DNA from: an uncultured archaeon
GTDB lineage: Archaea; CAYFZR01
DNA length: 64,000 bases
Assembly: GCA_964347835.1 (NCBI GenBank)
Contig: CAYFZR010000068.1
Location: 8,030-72,029 of the forward strand
Reading direction: 5' to 3'
The notes beneath the pieces were generated by a model. That model did not search any database. It worked only from the letters and a program-made list of their open reading frames with translations, and was not told the origin of the DNA. Below are positions 49,921-59,448 of this stretch, piece by piece. A program made the position numbers and the translations under genes. Within the stretch, counting starts at the first letter, position 1; each line of letters opens with the position of its first letter.

Positions 49921-50742
49921 ATGTTAGATAGAACTAAGATATCAGCAAAATCATCTGAAGTGAAGAAAGAAAATTCTGTTTCTCTAATAAAAAAAACAGA
50001 TTTAACTCATTCAATAAATTCGCCCATTGACCACATCTTGTTCCTTCAAGGAACTATAGGCAATCAGGCTGTTCAGAAGTTAATCAAATCCGGTCTTATT
50101 CAGGCAAAACTCAAAATTGGTCTAGTCAATGACATCTATGAGCAGAAAACTGATAGAGTGGCAGATACAGATGTGCGCATGCGGGAGCAACTGGTGAAGC
50201 GACAGCCTGGAGATATCACTTTTTTGGTTCAAAGACAGGCTGGAGATGAGGTAGAGGAGGAAGAAGGATCTGAATGTAAGTATTTCGAGGCTGGCTGGAT
50301 CCATCCGCGTACTGGAAAACGATCAGATGAAGCAGATTGGTGGTGTAAGTCAGAAGATGCAGCAAAAGAGAGGGTGATAGCAGCATGCCCATCAGATTGT
50401 TTTATTTATGAAGATGGTCCCGAAAATTATCCTTACAGGCCAATTCCAGGACCCCCTTGTGCACACTATGTGGCACACGAACTAGGAATTAAGGAGGGAA
50501 AAGATTATGAAACATGTCAGGAAGGCTACTCCGTGTCGATTGAGCAATTACAACGAAGAGGAAGTCCAGTTTCGCTGCCTGAGGCAAAAGAGGGCGATAT
50601 TTATATTTTTCCAGGCGGTGGCCACTCTGGGGTCATTCGTGATGTAGATCCAGAAAAGGCCCGGGTAGAAGTCGAACGATGCACTATTGTGAGTCAGGTT
50701 GTTTCTGACTGGCAGAGTGGGGGCATAGCCTGGAGAAGGTAA
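49921..50742 (+). CDS. DUF4157-motif N-terminus + NlpC/P60 (CHAP-like) papain-fold peptidase domain; toxin/effector-like, GC-richer than its surroundings
   Basis: 'FLQGTIGNQAVQKLIKSG' matches the DUF4157 leader 'LQRTIGNQAVQRLL'; 'PGPPCAHYV...(~58 aa)...EGDIYIFPGGGHSGVIRDV' matches NlpC/P60 Cys...'pGDlvFf..gHVGiy'; visibly higher GC than neighbouring genes. Confidence 0.55.
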   Translation: MLDRTKISAKSSEVKKENSVSLIKKTDLTHSINSPIDHILFLQGTIGNQAVQKLIKSGLIQAKLKIGLVNDIYEQKTDRVADTDVRMREQLVKRQPGDITFLVQRQAGDEVEEEEGSECKYFEAGWIHPRTGKRSDEADWWCKSEDAAKERVIAACPSDCFIYEDGPENYPYRPIPGPPCAHYVAHELGIKEGKDYETCQEGYSVSIEQLQRRGSPVSLPEAKEGDIYIFPGGGHSGVIRDVDPEKARVEVERCTIVSQVVSDWQSGGIAWRR

Positions 50743-50815
50743 GACAGACTCATAGGTGGCAATAAGTCACGATCCGAAGATATCTTGGAACTACACTTCT
50801 GAGAAAATGATGTTA

Positions 50816-51442
50816 CTATCTAACATATTTCCAGAACTGCCACCACCTTCTCCCAGGTTTAGGTTCGATGATTGCTTTTTGAGGGGTTACATTAGTTATG
50901 GAACGTCTCTCTACAATGGGCTTAACTTCCTTGAGACCTAATTGACCAACGTGAAGCAGTAGTTTATAACTATCATCGTTTATCGCTATTTTGCCATCTC
51001 CGATCATGAGACCCTCATATTCTTTTATTTTAATCGATAAATCTCCGATATCTTCTCCATTCTTTGAAATTTTTGCATTCATATGTTCTCTATCAGCATC
51101 GGAGATGTTTAGCACGTAATATTCTCTTGCAAAACGAATTCTTCCTTTGAACGCCAAACTATTCGAGGTTCTAACTATATTTCTAATCTCGTCAGCATTT
51201 TTTCCTCGGGGAATTCTCCTGAACAAAGAGGGGTGGATGCTTTTGGTCTGAATAACGTGTATCATAACAACGTGAAACTCATCTCCTCTAATGGCAAAAC
51301 CGTCTCCTTTGAATACCGGCATGACCGTGGGTTGAATTTTAATTTTTTCTTCCTGTCTAATCGAGTTTCTTTCTTGGGCTACCACAAGGGTTGAGGCGAG
51401 TGTTGTTATAATAAATATTGCAAATATTTTGTTCCTTAACAT
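50816..51442 (-). CDS. Secreted hypothetical protein (signal peptide)
   Basis: 'MLRNKIFAIFIITTLASTLVVAQ' signal peptide; weak 'HPSLFRRIPRG' resemblance to the formyltransferase HxSLLP motif (not trusted). Confidence 0.4.
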   Translation of the reverse strand: MLRNKIFAIFIITTLASTLVVAQERNSIRQEEKIKIQPTVMPVFKGDGFAIRGDEFHVVMIHVIQTKSIHPSLFRRIPRGKNADEIRNIVRTSNSLAFKGRIRFAREYYVLNISDADREHMNAKISKNGEDIGDLSIKIKEYEGLMIGDGKIAINDDSYKLLLHVGQLGLKEVKPIVERRSITNVTPQKAIIEPKPGRRWWQFWKYVR

Positions 51443-51510
51443 GTGATCACCAAAAATAATACTCCATGAACCATACTTATGGATGATTCCGAACTTTTAC
51501 ATGTAAAAGT

Positions 51511-52371
51511 TCAATCTTCTTTATCTTCCGACAAAAACCAATCAGTCAGTTCAATTATGTTTTTTCGCCCGTATCTCTTTCGTTTAATTATCTTTTTTCG
51601 CTCGAGGGAATTCAATATTCCTGTCAAGGAAGATTTTGGTATCTCAGTTTCATATCTTATTTTAGATTGATCTAATTTCCCACCAGAATTGATTAGCGTA
51701 TTAACAATCGTCTTTTCCCTCTCCGATAGGGTATCGATTACCTTTTGCATCTCGCTTGTAATCCTTATTTTTGGCTTTAAATCTAGCTTTTTTAAACTTT
51801 TTTGGCGTCTAAAGTATAAGAAGAGCAATATAATTCCTAGAGGAAGAATTAATAATGCGTAACTTTCGTATCCCCCTTTATTAATTTCTGGATATCCAAG
51901 GGGTATCTTGTATTTTATAACAATTTCAGGAGACTGGATTTCGACAGCAAAGAATTCTATAACAAAAGACTCATTTTGTGAGTATATTCTGTAATTTAAA
52001 TCCTCGGTTCCTTCCAACCTTATTAAGGTAGATTTCACTGGCAAAAAAAACGCGATATCATAATCAGAGTAATGGATGTTTGATGTAAGATTTATTATCC
52101 AAACGTCTTTACGCTTGGAAGTGATAGAACTGGTAATTAGGTAAACTTGATTTGTATCTTTGTCAAATATATATTCGGAGACTTGGGATAACTCCAAATC
52201 CTTTAAGACGTTTTCATCATTTATGTACCCAAATATTACGGCATTTCCAGATTCATCGAGGTATATGTTGAGAATTGCCTCTCCAGGTTCTGTAATGTTA
52301 AATTCCGTTCCTTGAACAACTGATATCAACAAAATAAATAAAGCAGGAATAATTTTATTCATAATTTTCAT
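51511..52371 (-). CDS. Membrane-anchored protein: signal peptide + extracytoplasmic domain + TM + cytoplasmic winged-helix DNA-binding domain
   Basis: N-terminal signal peptide, TM helix 'YALLILPLGIILLFLYF', C-terminal 'EREKTIVNTLINSGGKLDQSKIRYETEIPKSSLTGILNSLERKKIIKRK' wHTH. Confidence 0.45.
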   Translation of the reverse strand: MKIMNKIIPALFILLISVVQGTEFNITEPGEAILNIYLDESGNAVIFGYINDENVLKDLELSQVSEYIFDKDTNQVYLITSSITSKRKDVWIINLTSNIHYSDYDIAFFLPVKSTLIRLEGTEDLNYRIYSQNESFVIEFFAVEIQSPEIVIKYKIPLGYPEINKGGYESYALLILPLGIILLFLYFRRQKSLKKLDLKPKIRITSEMQKVIDTLSEREKTIVNTLINSGGKLDQSKIRYETEIPKSSLTGILNSLERKKIIKRKRYGRKNIIELTDWFLSEDKED

Positions 52372-52434
52372 TTAAATACGAAGATATAAAAATTTTCCAA
52401 AAGCCTTATATTTTTACAGCATTAATCTCAAGGC

Positions 52435-52764
52435 ATGGAATGGATTCCAAAGTGGATGGCTGAGGTATATCAGAAGTTATTTTCAGTATTCGGTACCGAC
52501 GAATTCTCTACCACGTTAGCCAAGCATCTCTTTGAAGATGAACAGATATTTTTTAAGGCTCTTTCAGAGTTGCAGAAGAAAAAATGGATAATTCGGATGA
52601 GAAAAGGAAGATACAAACTGATTGATTTAAATGAGATAATATTCCAGGTGACTCCAGAATTGTCCTTCAAAAATGTGGAAGAAAAGGTAAAAGAACGAAA
52701 GAGCATACCTAACGAGACTATGATTAATCTATCATTTGAGATACATGGATTGAGGGGTTACTGA
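52435..52764 (+). CDS. Small putative wHTH protein (antitoxin-like), start-stop overlapped with the next gene
   Basis: 109 aa; TGATG stop/start overlap with 52764..53261. Confidence 0.35.
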   Translation: MEWIPKWMAEVYQKLFSVFGTDEFSTTLAKHLFEDEQIFFKALSELQKKKWIIRMRKGRYKLIDLNEIIFQVTPELSFKNVEEKVKERKSIPNETMINLSFEIHGLRGY

Positions 52765-53261
52765 TGTACGTAGAGCAAATCATTTCGATTCTAAAGTTAT
52801 TCGAAGAAAAAGACATCGAATATACCTTGGTAGGAGGAATTTCCGGCATAATCCATGGAAGTCCGTATACTACTCCAGAGGTCGAATTCGTTGTTTCTAT
52901 AGATCCAAATGACCTCGCAGATTCTCTAAAAAAACTTGGGTGGAGAAAAGAGGAGGATCGTTACTTTCACAAAACCCTAAAAATACCTTTAAAATTGTAC
53001 AGAGACTACAGAGGGTTTAATTTAAACAAAAATGTGAAGATAGTCGAAACTAGGCTAGGAAAAAATAAAATCAAGGTTAACTCTCCAGAAGATTATGTAA
53101 TCACTACAGCAGTAGGGGGATCTTTAGAAGAACTTCATCGCGCCTTAGCAGTCCTTATTGCAAACAAAGAGATTTTAGACAAAGATTATTTAATCAGGAG
53201 AGCCGGAGAAGAAGGAGTTAAAGAAAGAATTCTGTCGTTTCTGAATAAAATTGGAGTTTAA
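52764..53261 (+). CDS. Putative minimal nucleotidyltransferase-fold protein (toxin-like)
   Basis: 'LVGGISGIIHGSPYTTPEVEFVVSID' resembles the Pol-beta NTase 'GS..hG...s.DiDl' motif; 165 aa. Confidence 0.35.
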   Translation: MYVEQIISILKLFEEKDIEYTLVGGISGIIHGSPYTTPEVEFVVSIDPNDLADSLKKLGWRKEEDRYFHKTLKIPLKLYRDYRGFNLNKNVKIVETRLGKNKIKVNSPEDYVITTAVGGSLEELHRALAVLIANKEILDKDYLIRRAGEEGVKERILSFLNKIGV

Positions 53262-53398
53262 ATGACATTCTAAAACTTCTATTAATAGATGCAAAGAATA
53301 CTTCATTTTCTTAGCAATCTACCTAACAGATGCTTGACACGATTATGACTAATCAAAGAAAAAGGTTTTATTGAGGTATGTTAAACAAATAGAAAGAG

Positions 53399-53719
53399 AT
53401 GAATATGTCCGATGAAAAAAATCTTCTTGGCGCTCTTTCGTACCCGATATGGATTATTGCGATATTAATATTAGTTACAGATGAGAGAAAGAAAGATTTC
53501 AGCAGATATCATGCATATCAAGCGTTATTTTTCAATATTGTCTCCTGGACAGTGCTTGTAGCGTTCTCCTTTGTTCTTATAGGATATTTTCTCTTTCCAA
53601 TTTGGCTCGCAATAACTTGCATATACGCATATAAGACGTATCAGGGAGAAGTATTTTCTATACCAGTGGTCACAAATCTCACCAAGAAATTTGCTCCTGA
53701 CTTGCCAACCTTCGAGTAG
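53399..53719 (+). CDS. DUF4870-like small membrane protein (paralog of 11166..11513)
   Basis: 'LLGALSYPIWIIAILILV...RYHAYQALFFN' signature. Confidence 0.55.
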   Translation: MNMSDEKNLLGALSYPIWIIAILILVTDERKKDFSRYHAYQALFFNIVSWTVLVAFSFVLIGYFLFPIWLAITCIYAYKTYQGEVFSIPVVTNLTKKFAPDLPTFE

Positions 53720-53724
53720 AAAGG

Positions 53725-54063
53725 TTAGCAGGTCAGATGGAGCGCTGCAATAACTTTCTTAGATTTTGAAAGTTCATTAAAAAGGTTGCATGCTTTTTCA
53801 GTTTTCTCAATAATAATTTCTATGTCTTTATTTCTTATATAGTCTTCAACCTCGGGTAAGACTTTCATTACTCCGTAATGCCCTGAACCAACTATAAAAA
53901 CATCTGACTCTTCTAGAACAGCCTCTTTTATGTCTTCTATGCACAATTGATGCCCTGATTTTCTCCACCAATTATCAAAGATGCGATCTGGTAAAATGAT
54001 TATGTCTTTGGTATACTTTTTTCCGTCAATTACGATTTTGCCGAACTCGTATGAATCGATCAT
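53725..54063 (-). CDS. Mth938-like (DUF498) protein
   Basis: 'VFIVGSGHYG...EKACNLFNEL...VIAALHLTC' signature. Confidence 0.6.
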   Translation of the reverse strand: MIDSYEFGKIVIDGKKYTKDIIILPDRIFDNWWRKSGHQLCIEDIKEAVLEESDVFIVGSGHYGVMKVLPEVEDYIRNKDIEIIIEKTEKACNLFNELSKSKKVIAALHLTC

Positions 54064-54064
54064 T

Positions 54065-54451
54065 TTATCCAGCGCGATAGTGTTCTATTCTTTCTCTGAC
54101 CTGCACTATCAATTCTCTTCCAAAACCACGATCCTCGATGCCTATTACGCGACCATTTCCCATAATTTCTAACTGTACCCTACCAACGATTGTCTCATGC
54201 TCTTCAAAAATTTCAAACTGTACGATTCTTTGGGCGCTTATTTGTTTTGAACGGACTCTTGCGATGTATCCTTCGTCACCCCTCTTGATGTCTTCCTTAG
54301 ATTTAGCTGTTATGAATAATAGATCTCCTATGTTAATATCCATCAATGCGTTGAGATTATGGATATTTTTTAGTTCTAACGTTCTGATTCTATCGTGTAG
54401 TAGATCCCGAAGGGCTCTTGGAGAAATTGAGGTCAAAGCATAAATTTTCAC
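54065..54451 (-). CDS. Hypothetical protein (128 aa)
   Basis: ORF co-oriented and adjacent to the Mth938-like gene; no motif recognised. Confidence 0.35.
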   Translation of the reverse strand: MKIYALTSISPRALRDLLHDRIRTLELKNIHNLNALMDINIGDLLFITAKSKEDIKRGDEGYIARVRSKQISAQRIVQFEIFEEHETIVGRVQLEIMGNGRVIGIEDRGFGRELIVQVRERIEHYRAG

Positions 54452-54460
54452 AAGATCACC

Positions 54461-55180
54461 TCACAAATACATTACAGATGGAGGTCTTTCTTTTTCTTCT
54501 GCTGTTTTCATTTGCTGACTGAGATCTTGCATGTACTCTTCGAATTTTTCTGCCTCTTCTAAAAGGGGTTCTGTTTTTATTTCTAAACCTAGTAATTTAT
54601 TCAAGGTTTTTATCATTTCTGCCGCTGATCTCGGATCGGGTGCTATGCCTTCTGTTTCAGATAATATACACACCGAAAACAAGTCTTTGCTATAACAATC
54701 TAATAATATTTGTCCTGATATTCCTGTTATGCCTCCGCGTTCCATTAAGGGGATATTTGTTTCCTTAAGAACTTCTAAACTATCTGGAGTTCCAGCTACG
54801 CCGAAAACATTCCTTTCTTCCTTTTTACCAGCAGCCACGCCTGCTAAAGTTACTACCAATTTAGGATTGTATTTAGACATCCACTCGACAATACTTCCCG
54901 ACGTGTCGAAGACCGCCTGAGGAGGTATGAATATGTCAGAATACAAGATAATGAGATTTTCTGTCGCATAGATGCGGACAGGCGGCTTAACGACACCCTT
55001 TTCTAAAACAGCAATCGGAGCAAAGTGTGGAGACTTCAAATACGCCACGTATTCCATATTCAACTCATTTATTATGTGGTATGCAGAGATGCTTCCTACT
55101 AAGCCAACTCCTGGAAAGCCCTCTATTATTATCGGCTCTTTGACATAAAAGTCCGCCATCTCAACTACCTCAGTTTCCAT
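54461..55180 (-). CDS. PAC2-family proteasome assembly chaperone
   Basis: 'IIEGFPGVGLVGSISAYHII' PAC2 signature. Confidence 0.7.
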   Translation of the reverse strand: METEVVEMADFYVKEPIIIEGFPGVGLVGSISAYHIINELNMEYVAYLKSPHFAPIAVLEKGVVKPPVRIYATENLIILYSDIFIPPQAVFDTSGSIVEWMSKYNPKLVVTLAGVAAGKKEERNVFGVAGTPDSLEVLKETNIPLMERGGITGISGQILLDCYSKDLFSVCILSETEGIAPDPRSAAEMIKTLNKLLGLEIKTEPLLEEAEKFEEYMQDLSQQMKTAEEKERPPSVMYL

Positions 55181-55218
55181 AGCAACACCTCAAGTCTATG
55201 TATGAAAAAATATGTGAT

Positions 55219-55602
55219 TTATAAAGATCTCGACCACTTAAATTCTTTCAGATAGAAGTGAGTTCCGCCATAATTTATTAACTTCCCTTCGCAGTATTCT
55301 CCTGATAAAGGTCTGATGAGCATATCTGCGCACACCTTTCTTGCAACCTTTTCTATATAGGGTACTAACTCCATTGGTGGTCTTATTGAATAAATTAAAT
55401 CTGCACCTACGTATATACTTAAATCAGGTTCTGTTATATCGTCTATTAGTGCTGGGAAATCTCTCCAAACCACATTTATGTCTGTGGCAGTAACCTTTAA
55501 ACCCCTCACTTCTAAGGCATGCGCTATCTTGGTATAATTTCCCACGCCTACTTCAACCACATTTTTGTAGTTCTCAGAAATATAATCAATAATTCCTCTC
55601 AT
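55219..55602 (-). CDS. UPF0146-family protein
   Basis: 'VEVGVGNYTKIA...ATDIN...GADLIYSIRPPMEL' signature. Confidence 0.65.
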   Translation of the reverse strand: MRGIIDYISENYKNVVEVGVGNYTKIAHALEVRGLKVTATDINVVWRDFPALIDDITEPDLSIYVGADLIYSIRPPMELVPYIEKVARKVCADMLIRPLSGEYCEGKLINYGGTHFYLKEFKWSRSL

Positions 55603-55616
55603 ATTATAAATATGGG

Positions 55617-57956
55617 TTAACGTTCTTCTTCTGCAAAGCGCCAGAAGAATACTTCATCCATGAAGTGTTTACCGACCTTGGGTCTTTGTGTTACTCCTCC
55701 TGTCAAGGCTTCCATCTGGATCTTCTTCTCTATCATTGAAGTCATTCTCCTCGCGGATATTACTGAGTCTGGATTGACAGAAATTGATGTAGCGCCCATT
55801 CTTATCAAGAACTCCAAATAGTCCAAGTAGACGCTGGGTGCCTGTCCGCAGATTGACGTTGTTACACCGTATTTCTTGCAGACTGTTATAGTATACGCCA
55901 GAGCCCTGAGTACTGATAGATCTCTCTCATCATATATCTCCTGTATAGCCTCATCGTTTCGATCTACGCCAAGGATTAACATTGTAAGATCGTTGGTACC
56001 AAAACTAATTCCGTCTACACCGCCTTTACAGAACTCCTCGATTAATAGTACACTGCTTGGAACCTCTACCATGATCCAGAGTTGGAAGTCAGGATCTATC
56101 CTGTTATCGAGGCCCTCTTCTCTCATTATCTTGACCACTTTGTTGAATACCTCAAACTTCCTAACGAAAGGAAGCATCACCCATACGTTCGTTAAGCCAA
56201 ATTCGTCCCTTACCCTTCTAATCGCTTTCAACTCTAATCTGAATATATCGTCTTCTTTCAGATATCTATGCTGACCTCTATAACCTATCATCGGATTGGG
56301 TCCTACGTGCCCGGCTTCAAGTTCGTATTTCTCTCCTCCCGGCATCTCCAAAAACTCATCAGGCTTGAAGTCCAAGAATCTATATACAATTGGTTTTGGA
56401 AAGAAAGCCTCTGCTACCTCTCTTATACCATCGGCAAATCTCTCTACCATTACGTTTTCTCCGCCTTCTTCAATCAAAAGTCTGGGATGTTTGCCGATGC
56501 TTAGCATTAGGTGTTCTGCTCTCAGTAAGCCAACACCATCAGGTTCTGTCTCTCTTGCGACTTTATCAGCGATTTCCGGTATTGATAGATTTACATAGAC
56601 CTTCGTGGCTGTAGTAGGTTGAATAAGTCCTACTGATACAGCCGTAGGTACTGCCTCTTCTTCTAGTTCTATCAAGCGTCCTTTGTATACGACGCCTGTT
56701 GTTCCATCTGCTGTTACTTCTCCAACTCCGTCTAAAACTTCTGTTCCATTACTAGTACCCACTATACAGGGTATACCCATCTCTCTACTTACTATAGCCG
56801 CGTGACACGTTTTTCCTCCAGAATCCGTAACAATTGCAGCAGATTTTTTCATGGCGGGTACCCAATCGGGTGTGGTCATTTCCGTAACCAGTATGTCTCC
56901 TTCTTCTACTTTTCCTATTTCCTTTACATCCAATATTACCTTTACAGGTCCAAAACCTATACCGGGGCTTACTCCAAGCCCCTTTAATAATATTTCTCTT
57001 TCAGCGGTTATTTTTGGTTCCTCCTCTTCTACCTTTTTTTCTTCCTTAACTTCCACCTTGGTATATACGGTTTCAGGTCTTGACTGCAGGATAAGTTGTT
57101 TGCCTTTTTCATCTATGGCCCACTCTATATCCTGTGGTATACCGTAGTGTTCTTCTATCTGTTTCCCAAATTTTGCTAAGGTGATTACCTCTTCATCTGT
57201 TAGTGAAGGTATCTCCTGCTTATCACTTTCCACCGGGATATGTTTTGTCTCTCCTGAACTCGGATCTCTTTGAAACTGAGATGTTTTTTTAGCGATGTAC
57301 ATGTTTAGTATTTCTAATGTGTTTTTATCCACCGTAAATTCATCAGGTGTGATTTTACCACTTACTATCGCCTCTCCTAAACCCCAACCTGAATTTATGA
57401 GAATTTTATCTTCTTCGCCAGTCACAGGCTCTATGGTGAACATCACTCCGGCGCTCCTCGCATCCACCATCTGCTGCACCGCTACGCTTATCAAGACATC
57501 TTCATGTTTGAAGCCTTTTTCTACCCTGTACATCGTGGCTCTAGGAGTAAACAGAGATCCCCAGCATCTTTGTACCTTTTCTAAGAGATCTTCTCTAGTT
57601 ACATTTAAGAATGTATCCTGTTGTCCGGCAAAACTTGCTCCAGGCAGATCCTCTGCAGTAGCACTTGACCTTACGGCAACAAGCACGCTTTTATCTTTTG
57701 TTCTTTCTCTTAATTCGTCATAGGCATCTATTATAGCCTTTTCTATCTCCTCTGGCATTGGAGCAGTTTCAATAATTTCTCTAGCCTTTCCTGCTACCTT
57801 ATTTAAAATATCTAAGTCGGTTATATCGGCATCTTCAATAATCTGATACACTTTTTTATCTATTCCAGTCTTTTTTATAAAATATTCGAAAGCATATGCT
57901 GTTATAGCAAATCCAGGAGGCACTGGAACACCTACTTTAGCAGATAGTTCTCCCAA
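55617..57956 (-). CDS. ppsA: Phosphoenolpyruvate synthase
   Basis: ATP-grasp N-terminus, phospho-His domain 'GGKTCHAAIVSREMGIPCIVG', PEP-utilizing C-terminal TIM barrel; 779 aa. Confidence 0.9.
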   Translation of the reverse strand: MGELSAKVGVPVPPGFAITAYAFEYFIKKTGIDKKVYQIIEDADITDLDILNKVAGKAREIIETAPMPEEIEKAIIDAYDELRERTKDKSVLVAVRSSATAEDLPGASFAGQQDTFLNVTREDLLEKVQRCWGSLFTPRATMYRVEKGFKHEDVLISVAVQQMVDARSAGVMFTIEPVTGEEDKILINSGWGLGEAIVSGKITPDEFTVDKNTLEILNMYIAKKTSQFQRDPSSGETKHIPVESDKQEIPSLTDEEVITLAKFGKQIEEHYGIPQDIEWAIDEKGKQLILQSRPETVYTKVEVKEEKKVEEEEPKITAEREILLKGLGVSPGIGFGPVKVILDVKEIGKVEEGDILVTEMTTPDWVPAMKKSAAIVTDSGGKTCHAAIVSREMGIPCIVGTSNGTEVLDGVGEVTADGTTGVVYKGRLIELEEEAVPTAVSVGLIQPTTATKVYVNLSIPEIADKVARETEPDGVGLLRAEHLMLSIGKHPRLLIEEGGENVMVERFADGIREVAEAFFPKPIVYRFLDFKPDEFLEMPGGEKYELEAGHVGPNPMIGYRGQHRYLKEDDIFRLELKAIRRVRDEFGLTNVWVMLPFVRKFEVFNKVVKIMREEGLDNRIDPDFQLWIMVEVPSSVLLIEEFCKGGVDGISFGTNDLTMLILGVDRNDEAIQEIYDERDLSVLRALAYTITVCKKYGVTTSICGQAPSVYLDYLEFLIRMGATSISVNPDSVISARRMTSMIEKKIQMEALTGGVTQRPKVGKHFMDEVFFWRFAEEER

Positions 57957-58188
57957 GTTAGCGCACTTGCCTCCAACTAAGGGTATATCATCTTTGGTGA
58001 GGTGCTCGAACCATATGATAAAATCTTCCTTTTCGGTAATCTGAATCCCCCTCCTCTGGCAAGATTTTTTTTTAAAATTAAGAAATGTGTTGAAATATAT
58101 AAATCTATTTATATTTAATTCTGTACAAAATTATACATTTATCGGAATTTCGTTGCTTTTTTATACTTCTAATTGAGAGAGATTTAGC

Positions 58189-58914
58189 ATGGAAGAAAAG
58201 AAGATGTCGATATGGGAACACCTCGAGGAACTGAGAAAAAGAATCCTAATATCAGTGGGATCTGTAATTTTATTCGCAGTAATTACTTTTCCTTTTACAG
58301 ATAATCTTTTAGAATATTTAAAAAATGCTTTTCTTTCTAATAATCCGGCTTTCCCGGAGGGAATAAACTTGTTGGTTCTGGCCCCTATGGAGGCAATCTT
58401 TGTTAGGTTTAAAATGGCTATAGTTTTGGGATTCGTTCTTGCTTTACCGGTAATCATGTACGAGGGTATTAAGTTTATTGCCCCCGGTCTTTATCCTAAA
58501 GAGAAGAGGTTTCTTTTTGGCTTATTCTTTTTCTGGTTGTTTTTAAGCATATTTGGTTTAGCCTTTGCATTTTTCCTCGTAATTCCTTTGACATTTAAGT
58601 TTATCCTCAGGTTCGCGCTTCCTTTTGCATCGCCTCAACTAAGATTAGAGTATTTTATGAGCTTTATTATGTATACAGCACTAGGTTGTGTGGCTATAGC
58701 CCAGTTGCCCCTCGTTTTAGGCGCTCTATCCTATTTAGGATTTGTAACTCCTGAACAACTGAAATATTACAGGAGGTACGCGATTGTAATACTTGCAATA
58801 ATAACAGCGGTAGTAACCCCAGATCCAACGGGGATTACAATGATTGTCGAGCTTATTCCTCTTTTGTTCTTGTATGAGGTAGGCATACAGGTGGCAAAGA
58901 TTGCTAGGAGGTGA
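58189..58914 (+). CDS. tatC: Sec-independent protein translocase TatC
   Basis: Six-TM pattern with 'HLEELRKRI' N-terminus. Confidence 0.85.
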   Translation: MEEKKMSIWEHLEELRKRILISVGSVILFAVITFPFTDNLLEYLKNAFLSNNPAFPEGINLLVLAPMEAIFVRFKMAIVLGFVLALPVIMYEGIKFIAPGLYPKEKRFLFGLFFFWLFLSIFGLAFAFFLVIPLTFKFILRFALPFASPQLRLEYFMSFIMYTALGCVAIAQLPLVLGALSYLGFVTPEQLKYYRRYAIVILAIITAVVTPDPTGITMIVELIPLLFLYEVGIQVAKIARR

Positions 58915-59437
58915 TTCTTTGAACGTAATCGAGGCGATCAAGCAGAGACGAAGTGTGAGAGAATTTACAGATGATGATGTTAGCGAAGATATTATTAAAA
59001 AGATCCTCGAATGTGCGAGATGGGCTCCTTCTGGAATAAATAATCAAGCATGGAGATTTATCGTTATAAAGAATAATGAAACAAAGGAAAAACTTTCTAA
59101 ATTCACCCACTATGGGAGGATAATTAATGAATCAAAGGTGTGCATCGCTGTCTTTTTAGATCTAAACGTGATGTACGACAGAACAAAAGACACTCAATCC
59201 ATAGGTGCCTGTATACAGAATATGTTATTAACGACGCATTCAATGGGTTTGGGCGCAGTATGGCTTGGAGAAATATTAAAGAATAAAGAAAAGGTCAGAG
59301 ACATTTTAAAAGCACCTGAATTTTATGAACTTATGGCGGTGGTAGCATTGGGCTACCCGAAACCTAAAAAAAGGATTTCGAGTAGAAAGGATCTAAGTGA
59401 GATTACATACTTAGAAAGTTATGGAAACAAATTCTGA
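58901..59437 (+). CDS. Nitroreductase-family protein
   Basis: 'AIKQRRSVREF...CARWAPSGINNQAWRFIVI' signature; paralog of 42240..42755. Confidence 0.8.
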   Translation: MLGGDSLNVIEAIKQRRSVREFTDDDVSEDIIKKILECARWAPSGINNQAWRFIVIKNNETKEKLSKFTHYGRIINESKVCIAVFLDLNVMYDRTKDTQSIGACIQNMLLTTHSMGLGAVWLGEILKNKEKVRDILKAPEFYELMAVVALGYPKPKKRISSRKDLSEITYLESYGNKF

Positions 59438-59448
59438 GGTAGGTTGAT

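Noticed and set aside
49921-50742. Extracellular contractile injection system (eCIS) locus around the DUF4157-motif gene
   Set aside because: No sheath, tube, baseplate or AAA+ genes are nearby; neighbours are small unrelated proteins. Only the effector-like gene itself is supported.
50816-51442. Formyltransferase (PurN/Fmt-like) identity for the secreted 208-aa protein based on 'HPSLFRRIPRG'
   Set aside because: The resemblance is limited to one short motif, surrounding regions do not align, and a signal peptide is inconsistent with a cytoplasmic formyltransferase.
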